Shown piece by piece: positions 26,391-38,972 of a stretch of 64,000 bases of DNA. Positions within the stretch are counted from its first letter, which is position 1; every line of letters begins with the position of its first letter. The DNA is from Octopus bimaculoides (lineage: Eukaryota). The notes beneath the pieces are model-generated. The model worked only from the letters and a program-made list of their open reading frames with translations, was not told the DNA's origin and searched no databases. The stretch is from assembly GCF_001194135.2 (NCBI RefSeq), contig NC_068989.1, positions 39,306,642 through 39,370,641 on the forward strand, written 5' to 3'. The translations under genes were made by a program, and so were the position numbers.

Positions 26391-27012
26391 GGTGGTCAAA
26401 CTCTGCATAAGGAGTAGACAACCACCATATGTATGCACATATGTATATGTCACCACAGAAATATAGAACTGTATACACATATGTATATATCAACACAGGC
26501 CTTTCTATCAAGTCTGTGTTAATGTGCTTTCCTTAGAGATGTTTTTTATGTAATTAATATTTAATGCATGAAAATCTTTTTGTAAATATTATAAAATCTT
26601 ATCTAATAATTTTTATAATTTCACACATCTCAGGTTAAATATTGCAGTAACTAATCTATCAACAGTGTATATATGTTAAGTATGATACAAAAATGCTTAT
26701 TCTAATTCAATACTACATCAATTGCATATAATGGATTTTTAATCAACTGGGGGTGTTTATTTCAAATATCAGTGAATGTTTATTCAGTTTTTCCTATATC
26801 AGAAATGATAAGTACTTGCTAATAAAAAGGCTCAAACAAACCAAAATTTATCTGGTACTCTCAGTGGCCACTGCTGGGATGAATGTTCATCTAATTCTTA
26901 ACTCGAGTCCATACGAGATGTTATATATACTACAGTAACAAGCTGATTGACAGAGTGTGTACATTAAGTATGATACAAAAATAGCTATTTCATGCATATA
27001 TATACATTCATT

Positions 27013-27058
<46 letters not shown>

Positions 27059-27454
27059 AATATGCATACTTGTACATATATATATATATATATTGAGAGA
27101 GGAACAGAGAGGGAGATATATACAAATATACATACATGTGTATACACATACATTGTGGACAGTTGAGAGTTTCATAAATTCTTGCTGAACAACCTGCACA
27201 GAGGATTTCTTTATAGTAATCAAATATTTGAACTTTACATTTGTTCACTCCATCAAATTAACATTGTTTGTACAGGTGCACAGTGTACCAGATATTGAAG
27301 TGACTGCAGAGAAATATAAAATGAAATCTTTTGCTCAAGAACACAATACTACACCTGGTCCAGAAATTAAAACCACATTCTTACAATCATGAGTGCAACA
27401 CCCAAGCCTCCAGGCCATGCACCTAGTACATACATACAGACATCCATATGTAAG

Positions 27455-27850
27455 TTAAAATGCAGCCAGATATTGTTGTATTGGATCACAAAAAATATAT
27501 ATGTCCTGCTGTGGAAATCAGCTGCCCTCTGGACACCAATGTGGTCAGAAAAATACGCAGAAGAAAAGGCATCTATGGACCACTGGATAAGGAGCTTGCA
27601 AATCCAGTATCCAAGATATGCTTTCAGCATTACATCTGTTATTATTGTAGTAACAGAATGCTTACCAGCTTGCTGGAAGCAAAACATGACTGAACTTGGC
27701 TTCTTGGCGAGAGAATGCAGTTCCTTAATTCATATGTTACAAATGATCACAGTATTTGATACTATAAAAATCTGCAAGTCCTTAAGAGTAAAAGGACAAG
27801 CAACAAAAGAAGGTGCTTTCTTTCACAACCTTACAGCCTAGTAGGTAGCA
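27455..27850 (+). mobile_element. 3' fragment of a non-LTR retrotransposon with a restriction-like (PD-D/ExK) endonuclease
   Basis: QPDIVVLDHKKYICPAVEISCPLDTNVVRK....KGIYGPL..EL matches the RLE motif KPDIVv.D......iEisCP.D.N...K...K...Y. Confidence 0.75.
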
Positions 27851-28199
27851 AGTCAAAATTAACTCTAAATTAAAAAGAGGAAAAGAACATTCATACGCAT
27901 ACACGAAAATATATTTATACTCAAACACTCTGTACTGACACATAGACACACAATAAACTACTGCACAGATTCCACTCTCAAGATTTTAGTCAACAAGATG
28001 CCATGCTAGAATACTGTTGCCCAAGTTGCCAAGGTACCATGCAGTGGGCTCAAACCAGAATCATATGATTGTGAAGTGAAATTTTTGGCCACCTGGTTAA
28101 TAAAGCAAATATCTGCAACACACAAATTCAGTTAAAGAACTAAACTAGACCTTAAAATAAATAAATAATTATTGTTATTTATTTAAGTTTCCAGAAGGT

Positions 28200-29340
28200 T
28201 GCATATGACAGAACTATTTTGTAAACCCTTGTCGTACCACTTGTATCTTCACCAGAGCTCCAATCATCCAAACCATATGATTAATCCAACTCCAAAGTCC
28301 CAATTTTGGCGAATAAAATGGATTTGTATTGTCAGAAGAGATTATTGGAAGCATGCAAATGATTTTGTGCATCATTACATCACACATTGTTTCAGTGAAT
28401 CACAATTTTAAAAAAATCAAACTTGACACATCTAGGATTAATGAATGTCAAACTTTCATGCCTAATTATACCAGTCAAAGTAAAAAATTTGGATTGAGTT
28501 CCCTTAGTTATTAATTGGCACCAAAATTTCACCAGCATTTCAGAAGTGTTGCATGGTAGTTATCAACATGTTTCACAAAAATATCCTCATTTCAAAGAAA
28601 TATTTCCTCATTCATCTATTGTTGCTTTTAGACATAACAAAAATGTAATACAAATATTAACAAGTATCTCTGCTCGTAATCAAACCTCCAGAGTTTCTGG
28701 ACATTGTATCAGTAAAAACAGTTGCATGAGAGGTAAGCTTTCATTGTGCAACAGCATAAGTTAGGTCACCTATCAGAATTTTTAATAAAAATGTTATAAA
28801 ATTTATACAGAATGTGGGACCTGTAATGATTCTCATATGGTGTACACAGCTGTGTGCATCAAACGCTATACGATTTAATTAAAAATTAAGAGATTTAATG
28901 GGCATAAGCATGGCATCAGTCACAATAACACTACCTCAATGGAACTTGCTGAGCATTATACTACAAGCACCTGTAATTGTCACCAACAACTTAAAGTACA
29001 CATTCTCAGAAAATATTGTGGCTTCATTGAACTTTCAGACTTTAAAACATTCAAATATAATTATATAAGTTACTAGTATAACATCCTGGTTGGGAATGAC
29101 CAAAATGACGGAAGAGTTTCATCAGATTTATACAAAGAGTTGTTTTCCCAGTTACAAATAAGTGAAACTTGATGGTGTCTATTTTATATATCCAGGAAGG
29201 ACTGCATGATAGTCTTGTTGAATTTTTGAATTCCAACATTTCTGAATATTTTCCATTAATGACTTATTTTGAACCTGAGGAAGACAGACGTACTGTCGAA
29301 ATATTGTAATGTTCTATGAACAAAAGTAAATTTGATTTAT
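28200..29340 (+). mobile_element. Decayed Penelope-like element 3' part (linker, GIY-YIG, 3' end)
   Basis: KYPHFKEIFPHSSIVAFRHNKNVIQILT (PLE linker IFP...vAFrr.kNl..iL), CDSHMVY and RFNGHK....NNTTSMELAEHY. A hammerhead-like motif lies at the end. Confidence 0.7.
29271..29314 (+). ncRNA. Minimal type I hammerhead-ribozyme-like motif at the PLE 3' end
   Basis: gaac CTGAGGA a GACAG acgta CTGTC GAAA tatt GTA at gttc: CUGANGA and GAAA boxes, a perfect 5-bp stem II, palindromic AATATT in the stem III position, a GUA triplet and stem I gaac/gttc. It has an extra A after the core and a 2-nt bulge. Confidence 0.55.
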
Positions 29341-29364
29341 TACATATTGTGCTCTTCTAATAGT

Positions 29365-29590
29365 ATAATTATAATCCTTTCTAATTTTGGCCCAAGGCTA
29401 ACAATTTTGAGGGGAGTGTAAGTCAATTACACCAACCCCAGTGCTCAACAGCTACTTATTTTATTGACTCAGAAAGGATGAAAGGCAAAAATTGACCTCA
29501 ACAGAATTTGAACTCAGAACATAAAGAGCCAGTAGAAATGCTACTAACCATTTTGTCTGGTGTAGTAAAGATTCTGCCAGCTGGCCACCT

Positions 29591-29654
<64 letters not shown>

Positions 29655-32350
29655 CGTCGTCGTCGTCGTCGTCGTCGTCGTCTCAAAAAATGTGGCACCT
29701 ACTAAGAATGACAACTGCTCCTGTGATGATCAGAGCTTTGGGAATAATATCAAATGGTATTTTTCAATACTATGATCAAATTCTGGGAAACCCAAATGTA
29801 TCAGCATTATGAAAAAGAAAGTTTTCATGGGTACATTTTAAGGAAAACATTGTCAACCTTGATAATATTTCTATCTTTTAAAACCTTTCAAAATTGCAAA
29901 TATTGCAACCAATTTTTGATGAAATTTTAATTCACAGAATTTGGTTTTATTTTTCTGAATGATATCATTACAACACATAAGTAATATCTACAGTAAAACA
30001 TCTAACTAATAGTCTCTTTAGGCCTTAGGGTGAGACTTGCAACAGCTCAACTAAACCAAAGCAACAACCATTACATTGATCCCAATATTTCACTGGTACT
30101 TAACTTCTCAACCCTGAATAGATGAAAGGCAACCTTGGTGGAATTTGAACTCACAATGTAAAGACAGATGAAATACCACTAAGCATTTCACCCAGTGTGC
30201 TAATGATTCTCCCTTCTTGGTGATAATAATAATAATAAAAGGAAGAATTCTCTCTAATTTTGACACAAGACTAGCAGTTTTGAGAATAGGGGGTAAGTCA
30301 ATTACATCAACCCCAGAACCTGACTGGTACTTTATGCTAACCCTGAAAGGATGAAATGCAAAAGTTGACCTCGTTGAGATTTGAGCTCAGAATCAGAAGA
30401 AATGTTGCTAAGTATTTTTCAATGTGTTAACAATTCTTCTAGCTCACCACCACCATAATAATAATAATAATAGTTTCTGATTTTAATAGTTATAATTTCT
30501 TTATTTATTTCAAAGATAATAAATGAAAGGATATTGTAAGGACAAATAACACAAACAGAGTAATGATTAAAAGAAAACAGGCATTGAGAAACAACTGCTT
30601 AATGTAATGAAAGATCTGTTATTGACCCTTGTACAGAGGGATAAAAACCAAAATTGGTTTTAGCAGGAGTTGAACAAAGAAGTAAAGGAATATAACTCCA
30701 TGCCACAAAACAGTTATTCACAGCCCTTCCAATTCCCAATCCTAATGATAACCATAGTTACTATTGATTTTAATTAATAACTTCATTTAATTGCAATATA
30801 GGCATCAAAACTGGAGAAAAAATAAGAGAGCAAAAAGCAAAAAAGATTAGGATATAAATAAGCAAAATAAAATCAAATGAAAAAACAGAAAACAGTCCAT
30901 GATGGGAAGCTTTGTACTATCATATCCCATAAGCGATTCACCACCACCTCAGCCATCTGATCATTGTTTTATTATTTCAGAAAGTATATTTTTTTTCCCC
31001 CAATTCATTTTACATTAGAAATGGTTTGTATATCAAAATTAATCATAACAGTTTATATTGAGTTATTTATCATCAATGTACCTAGGGAAAAAAAATATAT
31101 AATTTTCAACATTTTTTTTTGTTTTGTTAAAATAAAAATTCCTTTCCAATTATTTCCTATATATTAAAAAAAATCCTCAATCTTTTTTCCTTTCTTTTTT
31201 CTTCTATTTTTTTTTTTTGTTTCCTGTTTTGTGATAATGATAATGTTCATTTATCCAAACGGAGAGATAACAAATCACACAACAAAGACTTAACAGTTAT
31301 TTTCTGAAGTTTTCATTATGATTAGTTATTTATTACTATCATGGGGAAACATCTTTGAACCATTTACATTACTGTTTATTGGTGAATCATACAATGTTTG
31401 GAAAACATTCCCAGTGACCTCATATCATAACAACCCCCCATAGTCATAACATTGTTTAAATTGCTTTAACAACTCTTTGCTTTCTCATCAGTGCCAGAAA
31501 ATAAAGCCTGCATAGTGGCTATTATGCTGAATGCTTACTAGGTCCTCATATTCTCCACAGTTGTGTGTAATTGTGGTTCACACTATTAACACTTCTCACT
31601 TGCAGTATGTTGTGCCATGAAAATAAGAAATCACTGCTTTCACTCTTTGATTGCTAATTCTATTTAAAGTCTTGGAAGAGAATCAAGTGGCCTAATTATC
31701 AGGAATATGATTTAGATTGACCCACAAAATGCAGAATATTTTGTAATACAGGCACATGGCCAGATATTTGTGCGTAAGATGTTACTGGAAATTGATTTCA
31801 GTACTCAAATGGTACTTTATTTTATCCACCTTGAAAGGATGAAAAACAAAGTTGACCTTGGTAAGATTTGAACCCAAAATGTAAAGAAAAGGTACTAATA
31901 TTGCAAGGCATTTCTTCAACATGATTCTGCTAATTCACTACCTTCATAATAATTATTTCTACTATAGGTACAAGGCCTGAAATTTTGGGGGATTACATTG
32001 ACCCCAGTACTGAACTGGTACTTATTTTATGAACCCCAAAGGTATGAAAAGCAAATCAACTTTGGTGAAATTTGATCTAAGAACATGAAACTGGAAGAAA
32101 TTCCATGAAGTATTTTGTCCAGCATGTTAACAATTCTTCCAGCTTTCTGCCTTACTTTCATAACAATAATAATTGCTTTAATTTACCCAGAAAAGAAGCA
32201 ATCTTTAAAGGGAAGTCGTCAGTTGATTACTGAACTACTACTTCATTTTATCAATTCCAGAGGAATGAAAAGTAAACTGACCTCAACGCGATTTGAACTC
32301 GAAATATAAAATAAATGGAACAAACACTATATAGGATTTTGTTCAAAATT
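29365..32350 (-). mobile_element. Cluster of six same-orientation SINE family B copies (~29365-29590, 30040-30225, 30245-30452, 31750-31945, 31955-32160, 32175-32350)
   Basis: Each carries variants of gaaaggatgaaaggcaaagttgacctc...atttgaactcag, the reverse complement of the B-box region of the 51750 copy. Confidence 0.8.
29591..29682. repeat. Compound (TAG)n(TCG)n microsatellite
   Basis: About 21 TAG units followed by about 9 TCG units. Confidence 0.95.
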
Positions 32351-32399
32351 CTAATGGCTCTTATTTTTAAATTTAGTAATTGCATCTTCTGCTCCTCAT

Positions 32400-33060
32400 T
32401 ATCAGTCTGATCAATATTCTCTCTGCTCTGTACCCCCAACACAACTCCAAGATAGCCACGTGGTGTTTTGAGACCATCAGAAACTCAATATCCATATAGA
32501 CCCACCCTCTGCACTCACCACCTACTGCCACAAAGGGAATGTTGGCTAAATGGACAATATCATTTCTAGTATCTGTGGTTATGACCTTCTCATCTCCATA
32601 TTTCCTTTTTCTCAGATGCTGCATCACCAGCCCTTAAACAGGGGTGTAATACATAAGCTCCACTTATTTTTTCCTGGCTTCATCTTTAGTCTTAAAAGCC
32701 AAGTATACACTTCCATATACCCTACTCCAATCAAGAGAGCACACATTCTTTTATTTATTAATCAAGGTTTCTTCCAAATTTTTTCTGAAAAGACAAACAG
32801 AAAACTTCTCTATTTTTTGAAAACTAGAGATACATCACCATCCCTCTTAACCTTTCTGAGATAAAGTTTTTGAGCAATGAGACATCTTCTTGCAACATAC
32901 TTCTTCTACACTTTTTCCTTTGCCTAGAGACGAATGATGTCCAGTATTTCTCTTTGACTTGCAACACCAGCAAAGAATATGGTGTTGGTGGTGGTTTGCT
33001 TTACCCATGTCAAATTGTGACTGCCTATATTCTCTGATTATGACTGTGTCCATCTAGACT
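32400..33060 (-). mobile_element. Possible decayed LINE ORF1-like fragment
   Basis: Broken frames containing GSVYLAFKTKDEARK, an RRM-like motif of L1/Tx1-type ORF1. Weak. Confidence 0.3.
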
Positions 33061-33439
33061 TCATGCATTTTATTATGACATTCAGAAAATAACACTATTA
33101 GACATTACACAAAAGTTATGCACCCACAGAGTGTCTATTTTATATGGTTCAAATAAATATTACACTGTACAGTCATATTAAGTGATTTCAATTATCTGTA
33201 GCCATTTTAATCTTGAAATTTGAAATGCAAATGTTGAAAACTTTGGAAAATTCAAAAACAAAATACTGATTTTAATGACAGTTGTTGTTATTAACCTCAG
33301 GTCAGTCCTGGTCAATCAGATCTATGAGGAAAACTATTCAATTGGTTATTATCCAAATCTTTTAAAATTATGGTGGATTGACCATGTTCAAAGTATTGAC
33401 AATAAAACACCCAAAGGTTATTTTTCCTTCTGAACAGAC

Positions 33440-33790
33440 AACAGAAAAATGTCATCATGGAAGATTGCAACTGAAATTCAAAGACCTCTTGATGCCAAAA
33501 ATCTCACACTCTGAGGCATCCAGTTGAAGTAGTATGAAACTGTTGCAAAGACATGGAGAAATCTCTGTGATCTTGGTTGTCTGAGTAAGACAGAAAAAAC
33601 AAGAAAGACCAGAAATGTCAAATGGGAAACAGAAGACTCCACCAATGATCCCATGCAGAGAATGTTATCAAATATTTTGATCAAATCTTGGCTTTCATAA
33701 TCATCTGAGAGCTCATGTTAGAAAACGAGAGAAAAGCAACTGAAGTGATTATCTCAGATTCAGAAAGCTCAACAATGATGACATAACTTA
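33440..33790 (+). mobile_element. RTE (BovB-like) LINE 3' tail
   Basis: A basic run (RKNKKDQKC) followed by ECYQIF.SNLGFHNHLRAH (C2H2-like). Same architecture as 26190-26390. Confidence 0.4.
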
Positions 33791-34244
33791 CATACCTCAT
33801 CAACTACTGAAAGTTGGTAGGGTGTGAGGTGGTTTGAGAGTGATTTGGTTGCTGTTTCTAACAAGTCAATCCACTGCTAGTTAAATTAGATTTAAATGCA
33901 TTGAAATAATTTCCAACTCATCTACAAGATGTTGATGGTAAGATAGAGGCCAACATCAATTTAATCAAACAATATTGGTATGCAAATGTTACACAAACTA
34001 TCAACTTATTCTCAAGAGAATCAGTTAATGGCAAAGTCAAGTGCTGGCAAAGTGAATGACTGGATAGGTGACTAAATGAAGTGATGAGTACCTTCAAAAT
34101 TTATTGTTATTATCAAGAATGCATGCACCATTGACAACATATAAATGTATTTGGTATACTTCTTTCAAATTTATATTTTCTGCTCATAAATAATTATCTC
34201 TAAATTACATCAAATATTGTATCTTTTATTATCTTTTCTTCCAG

Positions 34245-34318
34245 AATTATATTCTAAAGTTAATCATTAACCAGATTAAAATACTAGGCTGGGAAAATGA
34301 AGGAAGTACTTTTACAAA
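34245..34318 (+). CDS. Internal exon B of the same M1 aminopeptidase
   Basis: Acceptor atcttttcttccAG and donor aa|GTAAGT. 74 nt, phase 0 to phase 2. Encodes NYILKLIINQIKILGWENEGSTFT(K), with the M1 C-terminal LGW motif (cf. ENPEP-type Y....V.PI...LGW.D.G.H.TK, from recall). Confidence 0.88.
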
Positions 34319-34455
34319 GTAAGTTGAAATCAATTTACAATTATCTTAGCACTGTGAATAATATAGATTACTGATAACATATAAGTATTGATATATGTAT
34401 ATGTTTGTGTGTGTGTGCATAATGATATAAATGATTGTTTGTGTATATATATATA

Positions 34456-34500
<45 letters not shown>

Positions 34501-34644
34501 ATAACCATTATAAACACTTTATGATTCAGAACCATCCATTTGATTTCATGTTCAACCCCACTGTATGACACTGTGAGTAAGCATTTTCTACTATAGCCCC
34601 AATTTCGAGCCTCCCAATTCTCCCAATTGTATTTCCATGGATTA

Positions 34645-35580
34645 CTAGAAGGTAATATCAAAGAGTTCCCAGACTAGTTCTGTAGTGCACCAACAGATAG
34701 AAGTGCATAATAAGAGCTAGCAGTGACCCCCATGAGGCAGTGTGCTAAGTGACATCGCTGTGCTTACTTTGCAAGTTCTGAAATTTGTGTTTTTGTGATC
34801 ACATGCATGCTGTAGTCTCTCTTAACATCAACATGGACAGAAACTTGGAACAAAGAGCCAACACAAAAAATTTGTGTTAAACTTGGGAAGTCTGTTACAG
34901 CGGCATTGAGCATGAATCAGCAAGCTTACCACTACAAGGCAATGGGCCGTGTACAATGTTTCAAATGGAATGAGCATTTCAAAAGCAGAAGAACATTCCT
35001 GGAAGACAGTGAGTGATCTGGAAGACCTGCCATGAGCACTACCCCCAGAAATGTGTAAACAATTCATCAGCTTAATCATGAGGTTCATCGGAGAACAATC
35101 AATGACACATGGGTTCACGTTGCCTATCCTAACGTCTGTTATATAGGTCTGGGCAGGCAATCCGAATGTATCTCATATGGGTCCATGCAGGCAATCCTAA
35201 TGTCCACTGAGAATTGGATTCTTCACAACGACAGTCACTGAGCTCTCCTCTCTCATGAATTTCTCACCAAAAACAACATGGTATCAGTTCTGTACCAACC
35301 CTATTTGCCAGATTTAGCACCTGAAAATTTCCATCTCTTTCCCAAGATAAATGCAGCTCATTGTCCACCATTTTAACATCATTGCCAAGATCAAGCATGA
35401 GTCACAGAGGGTCCTCAACTCACAGAAAATGATTATCAGGCTGGATTGCCAAAGTGGCAGGAACTTTGGGACTGGTGTATTGCTGCACTAGGTGACTATT
35501 TCAAAGGAGATGATGTTAAAGGTAAATAAGTTATTTTTTATTAAACATAACTAGTCCAGGAACCTTTTGATACCACTTAG
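34645..35580 (+). mobile_element. Non-autonomous mariner element, copy 1 (~936 bp)
   Basis: TA-flanked TIRs CTAGAAGGTAATATCAAAGAGTTCCCAGACTAGTT / AACTAGTCCAGGAACCTTTTGATACCACTTAG. Transposase start MDRNLEQRAN..FCVKLGKS. Internally deleted. Confidence 0.85.
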
Positions 35581-35589
35581 TATGTGTGG

Positions 35590-35890
35590 GTTGTGATTGA
35601 GAAAGAAGACACTAACCACTGCCTGCAACACAAAGGCTGAGCTGGTGGCCAAGATCAAGGAGATGTTCAAAGATCTTCCTAGAGATACAGCTAGGAATGC
35701 ATTTGCCAGGTTCTGAAGCTGTCTTGAGGCTGTGGTGAAAGTTGAGGGCAACTACGTTGAGTAAACTGTTATCTCTCACTCATAATTTAGTTGATATTTT
35801 CTGAGTTTTTAAAATTACTTTTACTTTCGGATAGGATATTGTATTTTCTTTTCCTTTTAAGCAAACTGTCAAATTTAGCCCAAATAACTT
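35590..35890 (+). mobile_element. Tc1/mariner transposase C-terminal fragment
   Basis: TKAELVAKIKEMFKDLPRDTARNAFARF*SCLEAVVKVEGNYVE* matches the C-terminal ...RLEAVv...GgyiE motif. Confidence 0.65.
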
Positions 35891-35910
35891 GTGTGTATGT
35901 ATATATGTAT

Positions 35911-35948
<38 letters not shown>

Positions 35949-38375
35949 TGTGCATGTGTGTGTGTGTATACATTCACACACACAACCACATTATACATGT
36001 GTGTTCAGTTTGTTTCCTTGTTTGGACATTGCATGGTAGTTGTGAACAAGCATCACCTAATAAGTTGAGTCAGTGATACAAACAATCAAAAATACATTAG
36101 TTTCTTTATTCTCTAAAATACTGGTGAAGATAATACATATAAATGTCAAAGATTTTAACAAATCTTGGACCAAATTTTGGCATATCAGAAGGAATGAAAT
36201 AAGAATAAGAGGAACATACACTAGAATGGTCTAGCTCCACACTTAGATAACTATCTTCATAAAAAAACTAAGGATTGTAAGCTTTGTCTTGCAACTTCTA
36301 TCCAATGACCATGACCAACCATTAAAATATATTATGGATCGCTGACTACATGGAAGCTGCTCTGAGAAGTAATGTTACAAAGCATCATAAGAAAAAACAA
36401 TACTCAAGAAGGATTTTAGAATATACAAGTGAAACTATATAAATAGGAGTCAGTTCTGTAAGTAATGTTCTGTCATGGCTTTAACTGCAGTAGCTAAAAT
36501 AAATAATGTCAAAACAATAGCCAAAAAATAACTCCATGTACAAAATCATGAAATAATTACTAACTAACCACTGACATGTATGAAAAAACAATACAGCTTC
36601 CACACACACTATACATATTGACACTGACCATGCAGTGCTAAAAACACACATTAAAACTATTCTAATTAAAGCATACACAAGCACACATTCACACACTCAT
36701 ATACACTCACTACATACAAACATCCACACACACATCTACTCATAGGCATAAAATTACCCACACTCATCCACATACAACCTCACACCTACATGCACACAAT
36801 CACATATTCACACAAACATCTGCACACATAACAACACTCATATGCATTCAATACAAACACTATAAACTAAAAATACAAAAAAATCAAAGCAGAAATCAAT
36901 TTATGCCAGAGAAAAGTGATTTGTGGTTAGAATGTAAGATTTTTCCAATAAGTATTGCATAATATTATTGATGAATGAGAAAAGAGGTATCTAGTATACT
37001 CCAGGTCACAGGGACATTTTCCATCCCACTATCTTTCAGTTTCCAGAATCCCTGAGATCTAGTGCTGATTCTACCTCTCAACCTTAAAATGTGCTGGTTT
37101 AATAAATAAACTCTTTTACATAGATAACTAAGGATTCATACTTGTTTGCATGCCTAAATATGTGTTCCTGTTCCAGCTCATTTGAACACTATTATCAACC
37201 AAAGGAAATAACCAAAGATGGAAAGACAGCTGTTTTTTTTTTCTATAAAGAGCACTATATGAAAAACCCTATACTATGTGTCTTATTTGGGTAGGAAATT
37301 GAATTGAAAATTTCATCAAACATTATATAGATTAAATTACTATAAGGTATAGATGCAGAAACTAAGATAGCTAGAAACTCAGTCATTATGATATGGACAT
37401 TTTCCATTTACATAAAGGATAAATCAGTCATTCTAATTGAAAGAATATCAAAAGCAGTTATCGCTGCTTGGACAACATTGTTTTACAGATCACATAACAC
37501 AACCACAAACAAAAACCGACTAATCCTTACTTTTCCACCCATCATTTCTAACAGCCAACATGTAAATGCATATTTGCCAGAATCACACTGTTAAATGAAT
37601 CAAGTCTCTTGTGATAGCAATATAACATCACTACAATGCCAAATAATTATGTCCAAAGAAATTATATTAGACTCACTATGCATAATTATAAGAGCAGATT
37701 GAACCAGTGAGCATAATGCTTCAGATTCAGGGTTAGAATCAACAGTAACTCTTTATCACAGTATGTTTGGAAACTGAAGGACAATCAAGTCGAAAGTATA
37801 TCTGTATCTTACATAATAGTGATGTAAAAAGGTTTACAAGATGCTTAATGAAAAATTATACATCCTTATTCAAGTATCATTCACTGAAAAGAAGGGCTGA
37901 GATTTCAAACCATTACAAACACCAGGTAAAGCGTTTAGGAAAGCAATTTTTATTACAGGATAGCATTTGGTCGGTTTCCACATTTGTTGGGTGTCAATAA
38001 TGGTGACACCCTGCCCAGACGCTATCATAATTTGTACGATAGGTGATAACTATTAATCCTATCTCTTTAACTAGCTCCAACAAAAAGTACAAAACCAGTG
38101 AAAGTCAGGAACCAGCTACAATTTTATTTGGCATATCATTTTGCCAGAGAGCCTGAATGATCACATGTACATAAAACTCCGAGTCGCAGAAAAGTGAATT
38201 GTAAAGATATATATGTGTGTATATACTATACACACACACATATAGTATATACACATGTACACATAAATTCATGTTCACATATGTAATAGACACATGTTAA
38301 TGTAAGTAACAAAACATACATATATATATATATTATATATATGTAATATAAATATATATATATTATGTATATATT

Positions 38376-38525
38376 NNNNNNNNNNNNNNNNNNNNNNNNN
38401 NNNNNNNNNNNNNNNNNNNNNNNNNNNNNNNNNNNNNNNNNNNNNNNNNNNNNNNNNNNNNNNNNNNNNNNNNNNNNNNNNNNNNNNNNNNNNNNNNNNN
38501 NNNNNNNNNNNNNNNNNNNNNNNNN
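38376..38525. other. Assembly gap (150 N)
   Basis: Run of N between TA-rich tracts. Confidence 0.99.
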
Positions 38526-38633
38526 TATATATATATATATATATACACACATGCATACATACATATATAATGATATATTTCATACATATGTCAAAATGTT
38601 TATGATTATGAACAAATAATCATGCACTGAAGT

Positions 38634-38678
<45 letters not shown>

Positions 38679-38804
38679 CATACAGACCTACTATGTATGA
38701 GTCTTTGCACTGTATCATTTCCTGTTTTCTATTCCTTTCCACTAAGACATTTTTAAGTATATACATTAGCAGATTTTTATGTTATTATTACAGTGGTTGT
38801 TCAT

Positions 38805-38873
38805 TTTATCATAATAATATTAATAATAATGATAATAACAATAACAACAACAACAATGATGATAATAATAATA

Positions 38874-38904
<31 letters not shown>

Positions 38905-38972
38905 TATTAATAATAATAATGATAATAATAATAATAATAATAACAGCAATAATAATGATAATAATAATAATC
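38805..38972. repeat. Long imperfect (AAT/AAC/GAT)n microsatellite
   Basis: Directly visible. Confidence 0.95.

Noticed and set aside
29498-29705. Poly-Ser/poly-Arg and poly-Leu ORFs
   Set aside because: They are translations of the (TAG)n(TCG)n microsatellite.
30981-31167. Candidate exon after ttatttcAG (KYIFFPPIHF...)
   Set aside because: It has the wrong phase for exon A, low complexity and no M1 similarity. The true next exon is 34245-34318.
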